This document shows positions 55,107 through 64,000 of a stretch of DNA of 64,000 nucleotides, piece after piece. Position 1 is the stretch's first letter. Every line of letters starts with the position of its first letter. Origin of the DNA: Octopus vulgaris (taxonomy: Eukaryota); NCBI GenBank assembly GCA_951406725.2, contig OX597835.1:6200001-6264000 (forward strand), in the 5' to 3' direction. The notes beneath the pieces are model-generated. The model had not been told where the DNA came from. It ran no database searches and saw only the letters and a list, made by a program, of their open reading frames with translations. A program made the position numbers and the translations under genes.

Positions 55107-55317
55107 GTGTGTGTGTGTGTGTTTGTGTGTCTGAGTTTGTCCCCCCAACATCGCTTGACAACCGATGCTGGTGTGTCCCCGTAACTTAGCGGTTCGGCAA
55201 AAGAGACCGATAGAATAAGTACTAGGCTTACAAAAAAATAAGTCCTGGGGTCGATTTGCTCGACTAAAGGCGGTGCTCCAGCATGGCCACAGTCAAAAGA
55301 CTGAAACAAGTAAAAGA

Positions 55318-55320
<3 letters not shown>
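54877..55320 (+). mobile_element. SINE family A, near full length
   Basis: Colinear with 45182-45595, with small deletions. Confidence 0.9.
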
Positions 55321-55355
<35 letters not shown>

Positions 55356-56221
55356 AGTATTAATGTTTGCTTATTATTCCAGAATTTTTCAAATAATTTC
55401 TTAGTACCGGTTTTTTTATTCTTTTCGAAGAAGAGATCTAGGGTTCGTTTTTCAACTAAACCCTTTTGTTTTTTGTTTTTTTGAAAACTCCGTGTTGGTT
55501 TGTCTCCCTTTGCGACACCACTTTCTGTTTGACCTTCTTGAGTACGATCTACTGCAAAATATACTTTGTTTCCAGTGAATAAGTACATCAAAGAATTGTT
55601 TTATCATTCGCTTCTTTTAACACCTGCTCCCAGAAGCCTGACACTTTTTTTACAATCTTTTCGCAGATCTGACTTTAAACTTCTCACCTTTAATAGATTT
55701 CCAATTGTCATTCTTTGATTTATTTTCTTTACTATTTCTTAAAAAATATACATACATCGTCTTAAAGTTGTTCAAATTTTTTTTTTGATTTTTATGCTGT
55801 ATTTCCAACAAAATTCCACTACCATATTTTCAGCAATTCTTTCCAACATGTATATATTTTCAACATTGAGTTTTATAACATATTTCTATAGATCGCTTCC
55901 ATAATAGACATTACTCGAATTTTGGCTCATCCCATTATTTCTATATACGCATTAAGCTGTTGGATCTTTCTAAACATGGACGTAAAATCACTTAGAATTT
56001 TAACCTGAGCCACGCCTCTGAATTGTGTTTCCTCTTCGTTCTCCCCCTCTCTCCCCGTCGCCAGTCACGCCTTCTTTGATTTATTATCTTCTTTCTTTTA
56101 TATTTTTCTTTGTTAGTTTCCGCCCCCCCCCTCGTTCCTCAAAGTTTCTTCCATTTTTATGCAGATTTTCTGTCTCTTGTTCTAACGAGATCAAAATGAT
56201 CGAAGCATTTATATGAACAAT

Positions 56222-56261
<40 letters not shown>

Positions 56262-56282
56262 TAGACAGATAGATAGATAGAC

Positions 56283-56375
<93 letters not shown>

Positions 56376-56386
56376 TATATATATAT

Positions 56387-56487
<101 letters not shown>

Positions 56488-56687
56488 CAGAGATTAACAT
56501 TTTTATGTACATACTAATGTAATTATAATGATGAATACGTGGGTGTATATATATATATATATATATATATATCCATATATATATGTATAACTGCTTTTGT
56601 GTGCATCTGTGCGAATGTATATATATGAATATATATATATATCCACGTATATATCTATAAGTGCTTTTGTGTGCATATGTACGAATG

Positions 56688-56743
<56 letters not shown>

Positions 56744-56811
56744 TATATGTGTATATATATGTATGTATATATGTCTATGTATATATGTATATATATATGT
56801 ATATGTATATA

Positions 56812-56917
<106 letters not shown>

Positions 56918-57306
56918 TAAATTATATTAGGCAACTGTTTGGCATTTGTTATTTTTAATTTGTTTCCATGTTCACAACATAATTAATGTTTTCCTATGCA
57001 ATGTAACCATAGTCACGCATACACACATAAACAGACACAAAAATTGTAATTATACAGACATGCAAATCACATATTCACAGACACATACATATATGGACAT
57101 ACTGACATACATGCATGTCTATGTGTGTGTGTGTGTCTGTGCATGTACGTTTATATTCCTACACCTATGCATACCTGCACAGGTGTATATTATATACATA
57201 CTGGCATTCTTTTATTCAATTACGTATCAGTTGAATATTGGTATGCTTTTGTATGTTTGTGTTTGGTCGTAAGTATACAATGCATACATATATGCATATA
57301 TATGTT

Positions 57307-57376
<70 letters not shown>

Positions 57377-57476
57377 TGTATATATATATTTATATATACA
57401 TGTACATATACACATACATTTAAAGATATATGGATATATAGATATATTTAGATATATAAATGTATATACATTTATA

Positions 57477-57520
<44 letters not shown>

Positions 57521-57575
57521 TTTATACATATATATATATATATGTATATATATTTATATATACATATATGCATAT

Positions 57576-57647
<72 letters not shown>

Positions 57648-58102
57648 GTATGTATATATAACGACGTTAATAAATATACCTGATTGCGTGTTCAAACGCG
57701 TTAAAGTTAGATATTTAGAATTTATTTGACAAACAGATTTGTTATTTAATTTTCGACTTTTCATTTTATTTCATTATTTCTTTATTTCCCGACTCAGATG
57801 TCAGCCTAAACAAACCAATTGGTTCGTAAATATTTATTCTTGGAGGAATTTTTAAGAAAAAAAATCTTCGATTGTAAACATTATAAGGTTGCTACGTCAT
57901 AGGCGGGGGAGGACGGTGCGGGTTTCCATAGGTTAAGCAATGTCGTTTCAGCGACCCACGATGCCTTCTTCCAAAAAATACCAGACGACGATTGCAAATG
58001 ATATATGAGAAGTACTTGTTTCATTTTCCTCAACAAAGCTAAACCAGGTTCGATCTCAACCTCCAGCCGGCTGCTTCATCTGCTAGAAATTACAGCCAAA
58101 TT

Positions 58103-58207
<105 letters not shown>

Positions 58208-58244
58208 TTCTCTTTCTCACTCTCTTTCTTTCTCTCCCTCTCTC

Positions 58245-59164
58245 GGATCCTATGTGTTTGGCTGCCAAGGTCAATTTCTGTTCGAATTGATTCCATATTC
58301 AGTGTAATGATACACGTTTATAAGCTAATCAATGACATGAAAATCTTTTTCACCATAGATCAATAAATAAAGAGAGTTATTAGCAATTAAAGTTCAAAAA
58401 TTTTGGGTAATTTTAGCCAATCGTAAGCCACAGACACCTTCAAGCCTGTTTCCATAGTAACAAGCCGAACATGAGAACTCTTGTCAACGAGAAAGCACAT
58501 ATTGACAAATTTATTGGAACCTCTTGTTGACACTGTGTTCTACAGTTTCACCCACCTAGAATTTTTGATTATGGCAGCAAGCTCCGGTAACCTCGCGTCT
58601 ATGGTGGAGACGCTGTGAACGGAGGAGGATGTTGTGTCGTACCTACAGGAAAATGGTGCTATAGCCAAAGGAAAATGCAAAAGGAAGAAGCGTAAAACGT
58701 GGTAGGAATGTGTATTGGCGATGTTGATATCAAGGATGCATGGAGTCTGTGTCAGCGAGGAAAGAAATCACTGTTTGAAAGTGGCAGCCTTCCTCTCAGG
58801 GCTAAAAATATTTAAATTGTAATGTGCTGTTTATCGCAATGGATGCATCTTGAATGCTTAAAACTACGAAAGACGTGCTGTTTACTCGTTTTCTGCGTGT
58901 AGAATACGACAAATATTGACATGTGCTATTTTCAGGATGTTGACAATGTGCAGTCACGCATAAAATGACAGCCTCCAAGTCCTGTCTCCTGATTGGGTGA
59001 AAATAATCAAGCTTTAAACCTCTATAACTTCATTAAAAAAAAATTCTGGAGAAAGTGAAATAACTCCAGCAATTCATCTTGGAAAACTGCACTGATGTAC
59101 CAAATTTTAAAATTTTCGATAAACTTTCATTTTTGAAACCTTGGTAGTCAAACAGAAAAGATCC
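58245..59164 (+). mobile_element. Internally deleted Merlin-like DNA transposon
   Basis: TIRs are GGATCCTATGTGTTTGGCTGCCAAGG and the reverse complement GGATCTTTTCTGTTTGACTACCAAGG. The 9-bp TSD CCCTCTCTC is at 58236-58244 and 59165-59173. A disrupted ORF from 58571 reads TEEDVVSYLQENG...VYWRC*YQGCMESVSARK/SLFESGSLPL, like the Merlin/ISXO2 transposase N-terminus. Confidence 0.75.
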
Positions 59165-59304
59165 CCCTCTCTCTCTCTCTCTTATTCTCTTTCACTCACT
59201 CTCTCTATCTATCTATCTCCTTCACTCTCGCACTCTCTCTCACTCACATACACTCACATGTTCTCACTCTTCCTCTCTCACTTTCTCTTCCTCACAGACT
59301 CATG

Positions 59305-59341
<37 letters not shown>

Positions 59342-59525
59342 AAAGTCACACGCTACAACCTTGCTTTGTTTTGTCTTTAATAAAAGGATTTACTAGTTAC
59401 TATAATCCTTGAGTCATTGAGTCATTGCAAGAAACCGGTGTTAGAAATAGCAGCCAAATCTCCCTAAAATTTCATCCTGTCGTCATATATGTATACATAT
59501 CACACTGTGCATATATGTATATATA

Positions 59526-59682
59526 TAGGAGTGGCTGTGTGGTAAGTAGCTTGCTTACCAACCACATGATTCCGGGTTCAGTCCCACTGTGTGGCACCTT
59601 GGGCAAGTGTCTTCTATTATAGCCTCGGGCCGACCAAAGCTTTGTGAGTGGATTTGGTAGACGGAAACTGAAAGAAGCCCGT

Positions 59683-59734
<52 letters not shown>

Positions 59735-59949
59735 TGTGTGTGTCTGTGTTTGTACCATCTCAACATCGCTTGACAACCGATACTGGTGTGTTTACGACCC
59801 CATAACTTAGCGGTTCAGCAAAAGAAAACGATAGGATAAGAACTGGACTTACAAAGAATAAGTCCTGAGATGGATTTGCTCGACTAAAGGCGTGCTCCAG
59901 CATAGCCACAGTCAAATGACTGAAACAAGTAAAAGAGTAGAGTAAGAGT
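59526..59949 (+). mobile_element. SINE family A, near full length
   Basis: Colinear with 45182-45595. Confidence 0.9.
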
Positions 59950-59950
59950 G

Positions 59951-60016
<66 letters not shown>

Positions 60017-60925
60017 CAGACAGACATACATTCATATATAAACATACATACATACATACATACATACATACATACATACATACATACATACATACATACA
60101 TACATACATACATACGTGCATACATACATGCATACATACATACATACATGCGTACATGTAAACATATTAACATACATATGTATGCCTACAAATATATCTA
60201 TGTATAAAAATACATAAGCATGCAGATGTAAGTTTGCAAAGGTGTGTATGTAAGTATATATGTGTGTACGAGTGTGTGTATGTGTGTGTGTTTGCGCAGA
60301 AGTACACACACACACATCTACACACATTCATACACAAGAGCTTTCACCTTTAAGTAGGTAACTAGCAATTTCACCGATTCCTTTATTTATCGTAATTCAA
60401 CGTCTGTTCTTCACATGCGACACATTTTTCAGACTATTTAACTCGTCTCGATTTTTTCATTAATTTTAAAATTACTCTTCACATCGTTTAGCATTAGCTG
60501 AAGGTAGATACATTGGTTTTAAGAATGTCTGGATTGATGTGTGGTGTGAGGGATCGAAGGGGTCTGCAGTTGTGTGTAGAGATTTTTTTTTATTATTTCT
60601 CAATAAAATTTGTATGTGTACACATGTATGTATGTATGAATGTGTATGTATGTATGTATGTATGTATGTATGTATGTATGTATGAATGTGTGAGTGTATG
60701 TATGTATGAATGTATGGATGGATGGTGTATATGTATGTATGTATGTATGTATGTATGCATGTATGTATGTATGTATGTATGTATGAATGTGTGAATGAAT
60801 GTGTGAATGTATGTATGTATGTATGTATGGATGTATGGATGGATGTATGTATATGTATGTATGTATGTATGCATGTATGTGTATGCGTGTCTATATATAA
60901 ATAAACAAAGTACTTCAGATGTCAA

Positions 60926-60956
<31 letters not shown>

Positions 60957-61181
60957 TGCATGTATGTATGTATGTATGTATGTATGAATGTGTGAATGTA
61001 TGTATGTATGAATGTATGGATGGATGGTGTATATGTAGTATGTTTATATGTATGTATATATATAGATATATGTATATATGTGTATTTATATGCAAGTATA
61101 TATATGTACCCATATATACATATATATATATATATGCCTACGTACGTGTGTGTATGTATATTTTTTTTTTTTGTGTGTGTT

Positions 61182-61235
<54 letters not shown>

Positions 61236-61365
61236 TTCAGTAAAATTTAGATTCATTTGAATATGGCACTTAAGTTAAAGATACCAGAATTTAGTATGGT
61301 ATTCTTCATATAATTCAAAATGGTGTGATTATAATCAAAATAAGCAAAAAGGATATCCAGAGGTA

Positions 61366-61455
61366 ATGCTGTACGATCGTTTCATGCGACTCCATTTAGT
61401 TGAACAATGCAAATATTACATCAATTTTAAAATGTAGAGCAATCTTCAGCTGCAT
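61366..61455 (-). ncRNA. Type I hammerhead motif with long helix II (element ~61232-61485)
   Basis: Minus strand reads AUGCAG-CUGAAGA-UUGC...GCAU-GAAAC-GAUC-GUA-CAGCAU. It shares CAUGAAACGAUCGUA with the 5805-5868 motif. Confidence 0.65.
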
Positions 61456-61489
61456 AAAAATATAGAATATATAGAATATATATAAACAT

Positions 61490-61692
61490 CCACCTCTATT
61501 AATTTCTCCAGTGTCCTTGCTTGGTTTTGGGGGCAATTCTTCTTGATGTGGCCCGATTCCAGGCACAGGTGACACTTGGAGGGGGCGTCCCTCAAGAGTC
61601 ACCGCATACCTAGAACCGGCCATCTTTAGAAAATCTGGGAAAACCAGATCTTTGGCTAATTGGGTCCATAGGGTCAAAATTGCTTTGATTAC
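61490..61692 (-). pseudogene. L1/Tx1-type ORF1 (gag-like) fragment with CCHC zinc knuckle
   Basis: Reads FPDFLKMAGSRYAVTLEGRP, then a +1 frameshift in a C run, then SKCHLCLESGHIKKNCP (CX2CX4HX4C at 61533-61574). Confidence 0.75.
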
Positions 61693-61726
61693 ATACACAC
61701 ATGTATGCTTATATTATCTGTATATG

Positions 61727-61764
<38 letters not shown>

Positions 61765-61837
61765 ATTTATCATGCATACATATATATATATACATGTATA
61801 GATATATACATATATACATATATACATATATATATAC

Positions 61838-61868
<31 letters not shown>

Positions 61869-61949
61869 CATATATATATACATATATATATATACACATA
61901 TATATATACATATACACACATATATATATACACATATATATATATACAC

Positions 61950-62088
<139 letters not shown>

Positions 62089-62626
62089 TCATATACATAC
62101 AGATAATATACGCATACATGTGTGTATGTAATCAATTCATCGGATGTACCTGGCATTATGGCATTAGGTTACCTATGTATACGATAATATTAAATTCTAT
62201 CGCTCGTACGAATTCTGAAGGAATTACCAGTCCGCTCTATTGCGGAGGTGAGATACACATTACGGTGAGGTTACAATTAATTCTGAACACCAATAGCTCA
62301 AGGAACAGTTCCTATTTCCTTGATAGTTCAAATATTAACGTTTCAAAATGGAGGAGCGGATTCCGGCTGGCGGCATTTTGTAGAACTTGCTACTTACCAA
62401 TCACGTTTGAAAGGACAGCGGTATATTAATTTAAAAAAAAGAAAAGAGTTCCTTGTATATACATAAACGTTAAGTTATATAGGTGTAGGTTTATATCTAT
62501 TTATGCGTGTGTGTGTGTATGTATACATATATATATATATATATATATACAGTTTTCATTATGTTAGTATTTATGCAGGTACATATATATCCATGTATGT
62601 GTGTATATTATGTATGTATGTATATA

Positions 62627-62678
<52 letters not shown>

Positions 62679-62801
62679 AATGCATAAATAGATATAAACA
62701 CACACCTATATAACTGAACGTATGTACGTATATATGCATGTATAGGTATATGCATACATGCATATATATTTCTATGCATATATACATATATACACATGTA
62801 C

Positions 62802-62849
<48 letters not shown>

Positions 62850-63309
62850 ACACACACGCATGCATACATACATACATACATACATACATGTGCATGTAAG
62901 TGTGTGTATGAATGAGTTTGAATACTATATGTGTGTATGTATATATATATATATGCATGCTTGTATGTATGATTTATATTTGTATACATACATAATGATA
63001 CACACACACTCACATATGTGTGTGTGTATGTATTTATATATACTTTCCTCTATATACCTACCTAATCTTCAATAACCATAAGGCTATGGGAAGACATTCT
63101 TTGGATTTTTTTTATTTCTCAAGTTTGGCTTGTTGCTACCTGAAGAACGTCTTTAATTTTATTCGTTTTAGTTGCATGTCTTCCGGGTCCCAGGAGGGGC
63201 TGAAACAATAAACTTCTTAAACTATGGAAACATAATTACTGAAATCGAATTATTGAAATATAATTTAGCGTTACTATGGATGCATAGATAAGATACAGAG
63301 AGAGGTGAG

Positions 63310-63586
<277 letters not shown>

Positions 63587-63967
63587 TGCGTACATACATA
63601 TATGTAACGATATATAAATATGCGTATGCGTGTGCGTGTGCGTATATGCATTTGTATATGTGTGTGTAAGTGTCATGCATGTGTATGTGTGCGTGTTTTT
63701 ATTTTATTTTCTGGTTTTATTTTCAAATTACTCGCCAACAGACAAAGAGCTGTTTCCTAATCCAAAACCAAAACTCTTTTATTGGGGTGTAGACATCAGT
63801 TTGATAGTTATGTGTCATGGTTGGGTGGATGGATGGACGGATCGATCGATCGATTGATCGATGTTACTATTTGCGTATTTTTATAGATAGTGAAGGTGTA
63901 TGTCCAAGTGGTTTGAATGTTGGTCTCCCGATGGCGACAGATCATGATTTCAATCAGACAGGAAGGC

Positions 63968-64000
<33 letters not shown>

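Overview
AT-rich, extremely microsatellite-dense animal genomic DNA with no intact protein-coding gene. The SINE families and repeat content resemble Octopus/cephalopod DNA (inferred from pattern recognition, not from a database search). Almost all supplied ORFs are translations of simple repeats. The window is a mosaic of mobile-element pieces: at least five tRNA-headed SINE families (several with clear TSDs, nested, multimeric or inverted); LINE fragments (RTE zinc-finger end, CR1-group 3' ends, L1/Tx1 RT and CCHC knuckle, R4/Dong-like piece); two Tc1 transposase relics; Tc1/Tc2-type MITEs; a palindromic MITE in two copies; and a deleted Merlin-like transposon with TIRs and a 9-bp TSD. The most notable signal is a set of short non-coding elements sitting in or beside (TA)n-rich microsatellites that carry type I hammerhead-ribozyme motifs. 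There are 7 motifs in about 4 families, including a tandem dimer, and several (TA)n-embedded inserts have terminal fold-back duplications. This looks like a Penelope-like/retrozyme system. A CR1-group LINE 3' end shares its tail stem-loop with SINE family A, suggesting the LINE-SINE partnership. Two weak minus-strand microexon candidates suggest the window may be intronic.
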